From positions 102,052,001 through 102,116,000 of the forward strand of contig OX597819.1 of the NCBI GenBank assembly GCA_951406725.2: DNA of 64,000 bases, given 5' to 3'. The notes beneath the pieces were generated by a model. The model made no database searches and was not told where the DNA came from. It worked only from the letters and a program-made list of their open reading frames with translations. The position numbers were made by a program, and so were the translations under genes. Positions 30,432 through 45,358 of the stretch are shown piece after piece. The DNA is from Octopus vulgaris. Lineage: Eukaryota. How positions within the stretch are numbered: the first letter of the stretch is position 1; the number at the start of each line of letters is the position of its first letter.

Positions 30432-30475
<44 letters not shown>

Positions 30476-30816
30476 GAATGTATGACCTGCACTTGAGAGG
30501 TCAGACAATAATCTTTAACAGTTTTATGTCCGTAAATAGCCCCCCTCTCACTGTCTTCTTTCTCTCCTATGCTTCCTTTTTATCATCCTCAATGGGAAGG
30601 CATTTTCCTGAAAGATTCTCCAATCTAGACAATTATATTTGATTTTATCTGTTTTGATTGATTTTTATTTCATATGCACATCCCTACAATGAATTTATAT
30701 ATTTTATTTTGCTGCTGACTCCAGCACTTAATATATCGGTTTCTTCTTGCGAACAGCTAAGTTACGGTGAGGTAAACAAACCAACGCTGATTTTAACCGG
30801 TGGGTGACAAAAGCCC

Positions 30817-30911
<95 letters not shown>

Positions 30912-31224
30912 ACCTGGCTAAATTCATGTAGAAATACATAAAATATATTTAATTGAAATCCAATCTTAGCACGCGATGGTGCCCTAAAAAAAATATGGCA
31001 AAGAATTAGGTCCAGGACTCTACCATTACTGTTGGTCTATCATCACGACGAAAGGCGGCGAGCTGGCAGAGAGAGATAGGGGGAAGAGATTGAGAAAGAG
31101 AGAGGGAGGAAAGAGTGCAGAGGTGAGCTGCATTGTAACGATAGGGTGAATAGATGAACGAAAGAGAATGAAAGATGTATTTATCAATGCTGACCAAACA
31201 CGATACCAATGTCAATGATCTATC

Positions 31225-31406
31225 ATGATAGATCGTTAGCAACTACACATATTTTTTCTCTCCTTGTTTTTTCTGTGTCCCTTTCTGTAGAAGAGCGTAG
31301 GCTCGAAAAGTAAACGACTTTTTTCTATTCCTGGGCGTTACACTAATACATGTTTGTTTTGTACACCACCTGTCTTCGCTTTTTGTTTTTTTCGTAAACT
31401 CTCCCT
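31225..31406 (+). mobile_element. ~185-bp Penelope-derived non-autonomous repeat carrying a hammerhead-like motif (copy 2)
   Basis: ATGATAGATCGTTAG...CTTTCTGTAGAAGAGCGTAGGCTCGAAAAGTAAAC...TAAACTCTCCCT; homologous to 9341-9527. Confidence 0.7.
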
Positions 31407-31993
31407 AGATGGAATAAGTAAGCATTTAATATACATTGCATATAGCAATATATATGTATATGTATTTGCATATATATGTATACATATGTTTGTGTGTATA
31501 TATATTGTTGTTTCTATATTGTAGTTTCTGAAGTAGAATGTAGAAACGAATGTTTAAGAAGAAAACGAAAGAGAGTTGCAGACGATCTGAGTATTTTATT
31601 ATTTCCACCATCCCTCACCAATGTAAGAAGTTTGAAACTTCCATTCGTTGTTTTAGGATGGTCTGTAAAATACCATGAGGATATCGGGCATTTAATATTT
31701 TCTGAACAAAGAAATGTTGAAGTAGAAATATAAAAGTAAACTGGGAAGGAGAGAACATAACAAGCATAACGAGGGGGAAAGGGGTAAGAGAGAGAGTGTG
31801 TGTGTGTGAGAGAGAGAGAAAGAGAGGGAGGGAAAATGAGGGTGATGGAGAAAGCTAGAAAAATCGACGCATTTGAAACAGGGAAGAGGAATAAAAGAGA
31901 GGGGAGGGTGGAGAGAGAGAGGGAACGGAAAGCGAGGATGCTGGAGAAAGAGAGAAAGAAGTAGTCACGTTTGAAACAGGGAATAGGAATGAA

Positions 31994-32043
<50 letters not shown>

Positions 32044-32888
32044 CGGTGTTTAAAAGAGAAATGAAGGGGATAGAGATTCCCCAAAAGCAAAAAGCAGAAT
32101 TTTACACAAGAAAAATAGTAAGACGAGTGAAAATAAGCTGAAATATGTCCATCTTTGTTGGAGGTAATGTTTTCTTTTCTTTTCGAATAAATTCCTCGTG
32201 TGTTGACCCCAAATATCAATCGTATCCCTAAGGGAGAAAAGAGTCAACATACACCCTGCCAAATACCTTAATATAGAGTCAGAGTGAACAATAATTTTCT
32301 GTTTCTTATTCTCAATTTGGTTTTGAATTCCTATCCTGCTGAGGTTTCGTTTGCTGTCCTTGTAATTTTAGTTGAGGAGTTTTGAATAAAATTTGATGTA
32401 CTATTTTAATGATCGATAAATCCGTTTGTATGACTTCCCTAAATATATTGAACTTACTCCAAAGCTGGAAATAAAGCATTTAACCATACACAAGTCGATC
32501 TACATCGAATGGATTTTGCTAGATAATTAGTAATTAATTTGAGACGAGCGTCAAATAAACTATCATATAGTTTCAATTATAAGATAAAGGAATGTTCGTG
32601 ATTGCTGTTTTAGGAATGTTATGATCAACATATTTAATTTACATTGTTCAATCCGAAACCTGTGACACAAGATCCAAGATAACCATGACAGACAAAAATC
32701 TACCTGCTGCAGAGTATCGTAACGTTTCAAAAGTCAGATCTTCCACAAATCACTGTGCCGCTTACGAAAGAAGCACATTACACAATGACCTAATGAAAGA
32801 TAAGGTGGTCAGGGTACGAACGTCTTTGATCACAAGCCCACCAGTCACGATGATACAACTGCAAGTTCCACTATCTTAATACATCTAA

Positions 32889-33095
32889 GGCGACGAGCGG
32901 GCAGAATCGTTGAGACGCCAGGCGAAATACTTAGCGGCATTTCGTCTGTTTTCACGTTCAAATTCCACCGAGGTTGACTTTGGCTTTCATCTTTTGAGAT
33001 CGAATAAAAATAAGTACCAGTTGAGCACTGGGGTTGATGTAATCAACTTATGCAACGCCCCCGCAACTGCTGGCGTTGCGCCAAAATTTAAAATC
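32889..33095 (+). mobile_element. SINE family B
   Basis: Colinear with 24082-24290. Confidence 0.85.
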
Positions 33096-33321
33096 ATTTT
33101 AATAGAGCTAGTGTCGCCTACATTGTGGTATTTCTTCCGGATCTTGTAAAATCAGATTTCTAATCCCATTGTGTTCTCCCCTCCATCAGCGGGTGAATGG
33201 GAGGTCGGTAAAATAAAGATACAAGTCATATGTTGAAGTGAATATAATCAACTAACACATCTGCCTAAATTTGCTGGACTGGTGGTGCTTGAATTATGAG
33301 CAAGATATTGGTGTTACTTTG

Positions 33322-33360
<39 letters not shown>

Positions 33361-33724
33361 TGTGTTAATTTCACGTCATCTGTTTAGGGATTACCGATAC
33401 CTCTAACCACACATATTAACGCTGGCGTAAATAACGGACAGAGAAGCCATACTATGTATGCAATAATAATTGCACAGATACTGGAATGTAAATAAAGATT
33501 TTCCAGGCTCTATGCATTTTCCTGCTTATTCGAACACTTTAGTGTTTTCATTCTCAAAATCATAAACAAAGATAGAAAGAGAATATCATTGACAGAGAGA
33601 TGGGCAGATGAAGAGCGTTTGAGACAATGAAAGAATGATGAGCAGATTGAAAGACAGACATCCAAAATATACCGTATGTTCGTTCAGAACAAACGAGCAC
33701 CATCATACCACCACCACCACCACG

Positions 33725-33762
<38 letters not shown>

Positions 33763-34007
33763 TCACCACCAATAAGCATGCACATTGTAGTCGACAATAT
33801 GAAGAAAAGTAGTTCAGTTAAAAACCTCCACCCCCACCCAACTTCGCTACAGCCGCCACCAAAAGACGTCTTACCATTATATAGCGCCAAGTGCCATAGT
33901 TGGCATCCTCCCCAAAGTTTCTTGGCGGAGAAAGTGAAACAGTCATTGTGAAAATGGCAGCATCGCTAACAAGTGAAGCTGCCATTTTCGCAGAATATCT
34001 GCGTATA

Positions 34008-34063
<56 letters not shown>

Positions 34064-34250
34064 AACACAGTAACATACTTACATAGTGACACATTAATAT
34101 GCTAAATAAATTATTGCATTATTAAATATGTTCCTTTCTTGCCTGTATGGAATATTTAATATACCACTCTTTTTGTAATTCCCTGAACAAACATACGTAT
34201 GCACACACATGTGTGTGTGTGTATGCAGGAGTGGATGTGTGGTAACAAAA

Positions 34251-34425
34251 GGCGCAGGTGTGGCTGTGTGGTAAGTAGCTCGTTTACCAACCACATGGTT
34301 TCGGGCTCATTCCCACTGCGTGGCACCCTGAGCAAGTGTCTTCTACTGCAGCCTCGGGCCGACCAAAGCCTTGTGAATGGATTTGGTAGACGGAAACGGA
34401 AAGAAGCCCGTCGTATATATCTGTT

Positions 34426-34491
<66 letters not shown>

Positions 34492-34676
34492 GTGTGTCTG
34501 TCTGTCTGTCTGTCTGTCCCACCAACATCGCTTGACATTTGATACCGGTGTGTTTATGTCCTCGTAACTTAGGACTTATTTTTTTTTACAAAAATAAATC
34601 CTGGGGTCGATTTACTCGACTAACAGGTGGTGCTCCAGTATGGCCGCAGTCAAATGACTGAAACAAGTAAAAGAGT
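34251..34676 (+). mobile_element. SINE family A, full length (tRNA-derived head, CORE-like block, internal (TA)n/(TG)n, GAAACAAGTAAAAGAG tail)
   Basis: Pol III A box TGGCTGTGTGGTAAG and a B-box-like motif. At least 10 related copies in the window. A partial duplicate head lies at 34225-34246. Confidence 0.9.
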
Positions 34677-34975
34677 ATATTATAAGAAGCTGTCCGTGTT
34701 ATGATTTTCACTTCTCTTAATTATTATATTTGCATCTAAAGATATATATACAGGCTGGCAGACAGAAGAGACAGACGTGTGTGTGTGGTGTCGGTTGGTG
34801 TGGCTTGGTGTATGTGTGTGTGTGTCTTTTCTTCCTTCATCACTTCCGATCCAACCTTCCACTCGTATCTTTTATAATTAAACCCCACAACATATCACAA
34901 TTGGCAATAAATAAATACGTATATAGGATGGTTCGTCAATAATGCTAAAAAACCAACACCTACGATAATACAAGC

Positions 34976-35009
<34 letters not shown>

Positions 35010-36251
35010 GAGAGGGAGAGAATGCAAGAGAGAGTAACGTTTTTTCTCTTTCATTCATTGATGCCGTAGCTCAGTGCTATCTACATCCCGTAGGGAAAAA
35101 TCAAGCTATATGCACATCGGATGAAAGAGAGAGAGAGAGAGATACAGACAGACTGAGAAAGACAGAGGGGGTGAGAGAGAGAGAGAGAGGTGAGATAAGC
35201 ATGGGATGCGAGGTAGTGAGTGACAAGGAGAGAAAAGGTGAGGATAGGAGTGGAAGTTAAATGGCGGCAGAGGTGACAATGGAAGGTTAAATTTTCATTT
35301 TCTTAATAACAAATCGACAACATCGCCATTATTGACACCGTCATCACTATCGGAAACATGAAAACGAAAGAAAGAAAGAATGAAAGAAAGAAAAAAAGAT
35401 TTGGAAAATAACAATAATGAGAAATGCACTCTTAAACAATAGTCAATAGTGTTGCTGTTGGTGGGTGTGGTGATTGCGGCAGTGGTGCCGGCTGTGGTAG
35501 TGTTGATAATGCTGATGATGACGATGACAATGATGGTCGTGATTATGATGACGATCATGATGATGGTGATGATGATGATGATGATAGTGATGTTGTTATG
35601 ATGGTGTCGGTGGTAGTCCTACTGATGATGGCGATGATGCTGGTTGCGATTATGATAACTGTCATGTCGATGATAATAATGATGATGATGAAGGTGATGA
35701 TATTGCTGCTGCTGCTGTTGATGATGATGATGATGATAAGGATAACGTTTGTCGTCGTTAATGGTGATGGTGCACATACTAGTAATAATGGATACGACTG
35801 TGTGAGCAGCGGCGCTGTCAGCTATAGTGCTAGCCACTGATGATGTAGTTCGTAGCAGGGACGACGACGATGATGATGATGGTAATGACGATAATGATGA
35901 TGATGATGATGAAGATGTTGGTGATTGTAAAGCGAAATGGACACCAAGCGAGTGTCTTTTGTGTTCAATAATAGTTGTGTTTTACGTATAATTATTATTT
36001 TTTATTTTTTATTTTCGTTTTTCTTTTTTTTTTTCAGTTTATTATTTTTATGCTTCATGCAAAACCTAAGACTGAGGAACAGGAAAGGATCATAAATGAG
36101 ATTATTATTATTATTATTATTATAATTATTATCATCATCTATTTTTAATTGGTGTTATTATTGGTATTATTACTAGCTGTCATTGATACTACATTACTAG
36201 CACCACCGTTATTGCTGCTGTTCATGCTGCGACTACTACTACTACTACTAT

Positions 36252-36314
<63 letters not shown>

Positions 36315-36705
36315 CTTTCAATAATATTGCTATCATTATTATCGCTATTAAGAAATTCATTATCGCTATTGTCATTATCTTCGTTTTTATTGATCTCATT
36401 ATCACCACCATCTTAAGCATAATATTGTAGTTGTTGCTGTTATTGTTCGCTGTGAATAGTCACGTTTCACAGAGTTCCACTTGGCAGATATTTTCCACGA
36501 TTAATTTCTGACATTTATTCTATTTTTTTTTATTTATCTTTATTGTTCTCCGCCATCAAGGAGTTTCGGAACGTTTGAACCTACAGAGGTGGTAATGACA
36601 AATCAAATACACACCTAGATTTCATGAAAATACCAATATCGGTTGTAAAGTGGTGCTTGGCACAAAAAACACAAATATACACATCTGTCTATCTATCTAT
36701 CTATA

Positions 36706-36752
<47 letters not shown>

Positions 36753-37019
36753 AAGGAATTACAACCGTGTTTCGTGGTCTGCTACCACAACAGCTCTTTT
36801 ATAGGATCCAGTTAGCTCAAGACATGATCAGGAGGAACCACGTCCGGTTTCGGCCCCTACTCCTCTACCGTTTTGACGTGACCCCCCCCCCCTCTGGTGT
36901 TGGGTGCATCTCTTCTTTCCTCTTCTTTCTTCTGTTACTTGGCCTCTTCTATGTATCGTCAGCGAGTGTCATATATATATGGGGCTATCATCAGCTTCGA
37001 GTACCATATCTACACATAA

Positions 37020-37125
37020 CGCTTTGGCCCGGTACTATAATAGAAGACACTCGTCCAATGCCACGCTGAATGACTGAACCCAAGACCACATGTTCGGGAA
37101 GGAAGCTTCTGAACAACACAGCTAC
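37020..37125 (-). mobile_element. SINE family A head fragment
   Basis: GCTTTGGCCCGG..CTATAATAGAAGACAC...ACTGAACCC..GACCACATG. Confidence 0.65.
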
Positions 37126-38478
37126 AGAATACATGATACCGAAATGAGTATATACAATTATAACTACAGTCACAATTTGACAGGGAAATGATAAAATTGT
37201 AAGATATTGATAAGAACTGCAACAACAACGATGTCTCATCCATTGCTAGCGTTACAAATTAAAGGGCAATAGTGGATATAAATCAGCCTCAGACAAAACA
37301 AGTGTGTAAGTGATACGTTGTTACAAAAGAGAGTGCCTCTTTGCTCAACCAACTGAACCAGAAAAATGCAAACAGAAAAATAATGCAGCTGTTTCCGTTC
37401 TAATGACACAAGAAGAACTATGTTTGAGTTATTCTACTGAATTGTCGGATAAGTGGTGAGGCCTGCTTTTAATGCAAGACAAGTCTATTGGCTACATTTT
37501 TGGCCCAAGCTGGAGGTCTTACTGTATCAGGACTGCATCGTAGAGATACTAACATATTTTATAGACTATGTGTACTGTTATCATTTTTTTCTCGCTCTTC
37601 TCTCCATTTATTTCTTTCATTCTATTTTTTAACGTAAACTCCCATACAAATTTTAAAACGTTCTTACAATGTTCCCTTCCATCTGACGCCCCTGATGCAA
37701 GTAAAATAGATCATCATCATCATCATCATCATCAATATATTAAGATAACCAGCTGGAAGAATCGTTTGTGCGTTGAAACAAATGTCTGGTGCTATTTCTT
37801 CTGCTCTGAGTTGAAATTACGCCTATGTCGTCTTAGCTGTTTATGTCCAACATCATAATCTTCATGTCCATCATCATGGCAACGACGACGACTACCACCA
37901 CAGCCACCATCACCATAATCATCATCATCACTATAATCAATAGCAGCTACGCTGTTATATTCGGAAAGGATTTTCTCCTCATAGATATGCAGTTGGGGTC
38001 AGAACAACAGGAAACACCTAACAATGCAACCCACTAACATTAGCCTCACCACTATCATCTTAATCAACACTATTGCACGCTCATATAAATACCACCAGTA
38101 CTATCAACCGCTATCATTAACATATTTCACTTCCCTCCCTCTATTCCATTGCTGTTGTTGTGGTCGTCTTCCTTATCACCACCACCATGACCTAAGACTA
38201 CAACCATCACCATTAACAGTGGCAAATCACAACGTGCAACAATACCGATACTATAGAAATTTACTAAGATGGACTTTTCTTCATCTCGTAATATGAAAGG
38301 ATAGGAAGTCGATAGTCTACACAAAATGTCCCATGCAATTATTTCCTTAAATAGTTTTGTATATTGTCACTGACACTTATGTTGCTGTAGTTAATGTTCA
38401 GATACCACTTTAAATTTAAATACAAAAAAGCAAATCTCGTACTATAATCATAATAGTAACTTTATGCGTTCCGATCAT

Positions 38479-38539
<61 letters not shown>

Positions 38540-39965
38540 GTAATTTAATTCATAACATTACTAAGCGTATAACATCATCATTTTCAGATGAACCAGCGCT
38601 TATCCGTGTATCTTTGTTACAGTGGCTTCTCAGAGAAAAGAAAATACGTTTGTAGAGCTAAAGTTTGAAATCGTAAAAGTAGACATAAATATTCTGTGGT
38701 ACAATCCAGTATTTAGTGTGAATATGCGAATAAACATCGCTAAAGGGTAACATAATTTCCAATGAAATAGATATAGAAAAACTTAAAAGAGAAAATCGAT
38801 TAAGGTACACAGCGTCTCTTATAAAAAAAACTTAGCAAGTTTCCATTGACAATTATAGTTCTCAAGGACTTCGTGGAAGAAATCATTCACATTCGTTACA
38901 ATTGTATTAGCTATAAATAATTTCTCACTTAATGGCAACTGATTGGCAAATACAAAAGTATACTGTGACAAAGTACACCCACATCTTTTACAATCAATTG
39001 ACCCGAGCAAATTACAAGTATAGGAATAAATTAATCAGTTAGCAAAATTTACAACAAATTGTCCAAGTATTTTCGGTTTCAGAAAAACAAAGCCATACAC
39101 GTTCAGGATGACTTGGACTTGTACCACTACATGGGGGCTTTCACAAACAACTGTATTAGATCTTTTTTTCTTTCACGATTCTCGGGTCTAGTCAAGCTGT
39201 TATTAACTTGCACACTAGCTCCCAAATAATTATCACATAATTAGAAAACCATTCTAAGAGATAATCTTATGTATGTTTAAAGATTTGTTGGATCTCATCG
39301 CCATCTTTGTTATATATTTCACATCTACTCTTGGAAATTTCCGCTTTAAAATAATTCCATATTGAAATTCTTAGTCATTTTTCTATTGTAGAGTAATATT
39401 CTTTGTTTGGTGGCCTTATTGCTAATAAGAAAATATAGCTATGATGCCAGTTACTACTACAACTAAAACACCGTGGTACAAAGAAAAAATCCATTCTATT
39501 GGAAGATTTCTTGAAACCATTATAAATACAATACTTTCTCTGCCACCACCACTACTGCCGCTGCTGCTAACACTACTACTTTTGCTACTGCTGCTGCTAC
39601 TACTACTACTATTATTGTAATCCTTGTTATTATTGTCATTATCCTGGTCATCACCTATTTTATTTCATGCACTGTCATTTTCATTCTGTCTATAAAACGT
39701 CAAAATCAATTTCAGAAGATCAAACTGCGTTCTAAACACACACACACACACACACCGGTGAGACATATTGCTGATAAATTACGACATTAATATCAATATT
39801 ACTATTATTATCATTGTTATTAATAGAGATATCATCATCATCATTATTACGTCGTCTTCATTCTCTATCTAACAACATCGCCACCTTCAAAATGCCATCG
39901 CAATATCTTCTATTCGTCGCCATCGGAGAATTAAAGAATAATTATTAATATCATGCTTGTTGTTG

Positions 39966-39999
<34 letters not shown>

Positions 40000-40640
40000 T
40001 ACTACTACTACTGCTACTAATACTACTACCACCCTCGCCTTCTTGTTTCTGTTGCTATTATTTGCAACCTGGATTGCAAATTGGCAAGCAGTGACAAAGA
40101 TTCACAAAAGAACTGGATGGAACAGCTGCAGTAGTTGTAACAGGCTGTCATGCCATTTGCCTCTGGGCTTGTCAGGTGCCAAGACAAACCCAGACAGGTG
40201 TGTGCATGCTCCTTTATTATACATGCTTGTACGAGTATTCATGTGTGTGTATATATATATATTTCTTTTGTTACTTCAGTCTATGTTCCTTATAACAAAT
40301 AATTTTACGAGATCGAAAAAAAGACCCAACTACACCACTAGTTAATTTTTGCACTACATTATACCTTATCTATCGATACATCACCTTGCACACAAGCATA
40401 TATATGTGTTTATGGGTGGGGGTGTATAAAATGCGACGAAGGGTGCATGGAGTAACAGCATTGCTAGATATAAGAGTCAACTAACATTTTAGGCAGATAA
40501 GCACATTTTCTATTTATTGACAGGGGATACAACCTCCCCAACTTCTATTTCTAGCAATACTAGAGCTTGCTGCAGCGTCACATTTTAGTGATGGTGAATT
40601 ATTTCCTTTCCGATTTCGAACTGCGTCCAGCCACCTCAAT

Positions 40641-40714
<74 letters not shown>

Positions 40715-40855
40715 TATGTGCAAGTTAATACACAAATAGATAAGGTATAAGAAATGAATTACATAAAATATAACTAATGGTTATATTTCTCATATTATGA
40801 TCTCGTTAAATTACCAGCTATATAGGGAACATAGAAGTAACAAAAAGATATATAT

Positions 40856-40905
<50 letters not shown>

Positions 40906-41134
40906 CAAAAGAAGAAATAAAGATAGACTTTTTTACTATTCCAAGAAAAACGAGTTTACAAATGCACGGTCCCACAGCTTTATCGATCGAATTCCCACCT
41001 GGAATTGATTTTTGTAATTTTTTCAAGACTTATACATTCCCTGATACCGCCGGTATCTACATATCATATTTGGGCGCAATCGGATGGAGGATGCCCGAGA
41101 TCCTAGAAGACACACAGACAGACAGAACGGATTT

Positions 41135-41186
<52 letters not shown>

Positions 41187-41305
41187 ACACACAAACACTC
41201 TATACTTTAAACTCTATGTTGACTGGGAATCAAGATAAATGACAAAAAATATATGACATATATCAACGACATCCAACAATGGAAACTATGAAAACTCTCT
41301 CTCTC

Positions 41306-41366
<61 letters not shown>

Positions 41367-42204
41367 AATACACACACACACACATCCACAAACGTATAAC
41401 ATGTACGCATATATTTCTTTGTTAGTGTCAATGTATTGTATGTTACAAATTAGACACAAATATCTGATGCTGACAAGCGCGCGCAGACACAGGCACACAC
41501 ACATACACACACAAGCACAGACAGACAGACACACATACGATAGAATGAAGGCCACACAAAAATACATTGGAAAAACATGCCTGTGAGCATGGTAAATAAG
41601 ATTGAAATATAATCCGGTATGATGTTGTTTTAGGTGATATATCTTGAGATGTTATGCCAGGTGAGATCCCGAGAGATATTGTGCCAAGCCTGAATCTCTA
41701 AACTTATTGTGCAAAGTGATATCCTTTTCTCCATGCTATCATTTTCCGATGAATAAACAATAATAAATGGGCAATATATATTGAGTCAGAACAGAAATGA
41801 CACGTAGATATTTACACATTTATATAGAGACGACATAACTCAGTCGGCATAACATAAATAACCAGAGCATGCACAAAGACACACAGACACACACACACAA
41901 ACACGTACGGAAGTACAGGCTCATAAAGGATTTATCCATTGGACTATGTGACACGCAGGAGCACAGCTTTCAAATGTTTCAATAAATAATATAACCAGCA
42001 TCACCTAATATTTGTTAAAAATATTCATTTTATCGAGATTTTGTTGAACCGCTACGTTACGAGACATAATGATATACAACGTATTGCTTTTTAAGTCGAG
42101 CGTAAATATTATAAATACAAACGCACATTCACACTCGGGGATATACAACCACACATATTTACGGATTATGCAGATATATACATTCTTGTCTTTTTTTTTT
42201 CTTT

Positions 42205-42606
42205 TTTGCTTTTACTTGTTTCAGTCATTTGACTGAGGCCGTGCTGGAGCACCGTGTCAAAGGGTTTTAGTTGAAGAAATTGCCCCCACAATTTATTCTT
42301 TGTAAGTCTAGTACTTATTTATTCTATCGGTCTCTTTTGTCCAACCCCTAAGTTACCGGAACGTAAACACACCAACATAGGTGGTCAAGCGATGGGTGGG
42401 GGTGAGGTGAAAGCTCACACAGACACACACGCGCAAATAAATATATACACACGCGTATATGTGTATATACGACAGGCTTCTTTCGATTTCCGTCTACCAA
42501 ATCCGAGACTAGAAAAAAGATACTTGTCCAAGGTGCCACGCTGTGAGACTGATCCCACAGTCATGTTGCTTGGAAGTAAGCTTCTTACCATACAACCACA
42601 CCCACA
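42205..42606 (-). mobile_element. SINE family A
   Basis: TTTTACTTGTTTCAGTCATTTGACTG tail, central block and head, all in reverse. Confidence 0.85.
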
Positions 42607-42611
42607 CATGT

Positions 42612-42675
<64 letters not shown>

Positions 42676-42768
42676 CATATATACATATATACATATATAT
42701 ATATATACATATATACATACATACATATATACATACATATATACATACATATATGCATACATATATAC

Positions 42769-42801
<33 letters not shown>

Positions 42802-42844
42802 CATACATACAAGCAAACATATATATATATTAGTATGATGTGAA

Positions 42845-42913
42845 GGCGCGTGGCTTAGTGGTTAGGGCATTCGGCTCACGATTGTATGGTCGTGAGTTCA
42901 ATTCCTGGCGACG
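42845..42913 (+). mobile_element. Isolated tRNA-like SINE head of a third family
   Basis: GGCGCGTGGCTTAGTGGTTAGG (A box) and GAGTTCAATTCC (B box). No acceptor-stem pairing, so not a tRNA. Confidence 0.6.
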
Positions 42914-44349
42914 TTCACAGCACAAAGGTATCTTCAATATACAATATTTCCCATTCATACATTGCAACTTTCTAGCAATATAAGGAACCTTTATTTAGTT
43001 TTCTCCGTATGATCCACTTTTCATTGGCTGCAATCCGAATTGTGTCCCCTTTACGTTTCATTCTTCTGTGTTAGTAACAGAGATTGTGGGGAAGAGTTTG
43101 AATCCTCTCCTTCGAACTAGTCTCCAGTTCAAATTCTACAACGTCGGAAGCCTTTCTTTATCTTCATCCTTGTCAAAATATACTATTTTTTCCATTCATT
43201 ATATTTCTTTAACCCGAAATTAGAGTAATTCCATTTTCTCGGTGGTATTTCTCCTATAGAAGTGACGGGGATTTCTATCAAGGAAAGAAACCTACTTGTT
43301 AGACCTCAAGTGGCCTGAACTCTTTACATGAACACCACCCTGTACTTAACTCCATGTCCCCCTACATGGCCTTGCTATTTGCTTTTGAGCCAAATTAACT
43401 AACTAACTAACAACACTTACCATTATCTCCAGTTGAGAACATTATTCACATGCCCTGTTTTATACTTAAAGAAATTTTCTAAATCGATTTCTGAGAACTC
43501 TTATTTGTGCTCATTTCATATATTGTGTCATACAAAATTCAAATCTCCAAATTTCGGTTTTAAGGAGACGAAGGACTCAATCTTTGGACAAGCGTTTCTG
43601 CTGGAGAAACAACTGAAGAATTTTGGTTGTTAGTACAGTTGCGATTAAAAAGATAAAAACATAAAAACAAAAGAAAAACAAAAGAAACATATTTATCAGA
43701 CACCATGGAAGCATTTTTCACATTTTTAATTTCCTTTAAGAAACGGAAATAGATCCATTGCTTTATGGGAGATTTAAATTTGTCGTAGCTTCGGTTATCT
43801 TTATAGTAATACCTACATATATATATTTTTTTTTTTTATAAAATCATATCTATATCTAACTATTTATTTGTATGCAGGTACCTAACGCACACAAAACTTA
43901 CGTTTTGTTGCTTGTCTGCATGTTATATCATGGATTATTATAAATGAAATGTTGTATTTGTGTTGCTTTCGTGCAACGTAAAACCATTTTCAATAATAGT
44001 AGGAGTAACAGCAGCAGCAGTCCCGGTAGCATTTGTTGTTGCTTCTATTTTTTTTCTTCTTGTTCACGTTTTTTTTTTTTTCAATGAAGGTAAAACCTCT
44101 CGAATGCTCTACGTGCTGCTGGATCTGGAAGTGTTAGAGGATGATGGTTTGAACATATGGTTTATTTCAGAGATGGATGGAACATTTATAAGAGAAATAA
44201 TAACGAGTCTTATCAATAGTAACGGGGAGATGGTAGACCAGGACTGGAGTGATATCATGTGCAGAACAAGGAGATTGTACTGGAACGGAACAAACACACA
44301 GATACACACACACGCATTAACAACAACATTAGTTTATAATAATAACCTT

Positions 44350-44705
44350 TTATACTCTAGGCACAAGGCTTGAAATTTAGGGGGGCGCGGAGTTAGTAGA
44401 TTACATCGATCTTAGTGCCCAATTGCTGCTATTTCTATCACCCCAAAATTATGAAATACAAAGATGACCACGGCGAAATCTGAACTCAGAACGTAAAGAC
44501 GCACGAAATGATGCTAAGCATGCTGAGGACTCTGTGTTATTTCACTGCCTTAGTAACAACAGCAACAACAATAATGGCTTCGAATTCAGCACAGGACGAG
44601 CAATTTAAGGGGAAACATGTTCAGTTAGTACTTATATTATCGACACCGAAAGGATGGATGACAAAGTCGATCTCCGCAGGACATTAATTCAGAACGTAAA
44701 GAACA
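44350..44705 (-). mobile_element. Two tandem degenerate SINE family B copies
   Basis: Two GAACTCAGAACGTAAAGA-type B-box reverse complements at ~44480 and ~44690, each with associated central and tail blocks. Confidence 0.7.
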
Positions 44706-45031
44706 ACAAGAAATTATAGCACATAATTGTCTCCGTCGATAATGTAACGATTCTACGAACAATAATAATAGCAAAAACAATCATTGTACGATGTTCAAAT
44801 ACTTGTAACAAGTTTTCATTGTTTGGCGGGCTGTACTCACCGAGTTTTCGCATCGCCCCACCAAGAGTTCGACATTCCAAATTTGTGCAGCCAATCTAAA
44901 CTTCAACCCTAGGCCAACTATGAGGTTCCAAGTTCCCTCCCAATGTATACCACTTTTGATAGGAGTGTTCTTTACATTAGTTTCAGAAAAGCATTTTTTG
45001 TTGAAGTTGCATATGCAATCTGTGCAGAAAC

Positions 45032-45083
<52 letters not shown>

Positions 45084-45358
45084 TATGTACATACATACAT
45101 ATACAGAAATACAGAAACAATGAAGATCACCTCCAAACTGAGATGCATGATAAAATAAATAACATCTTAAATTTCAATTTGAAATACTATACAGGAAAAC
45201 CCAGAGTACAGATAAAAATTCGAAACATAAACCGGTTGTATTTTTATGAATTACGTTTAACAGAAAAGCTGTCACCCCCATACATACGCTCACACGCACA
45301 CACACAAATATATACATACATACATACATACATACACATGCAAACCTATACACATACG

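Noticed and set aside
42845-42913. tRNA gene
   Set aside because: A and B boxes are present but there is no acceptor stem or full cloverleaf; treated as a SINE head.
43500-43635. Minus-strand QPKF...PKFGDLNFV resembling the IS630/Tc1-like transposase QPDF...PKFHCELN
   Set aside because: Flanking residues do not continue the match and stops follow; could be chance and needs a profile search.
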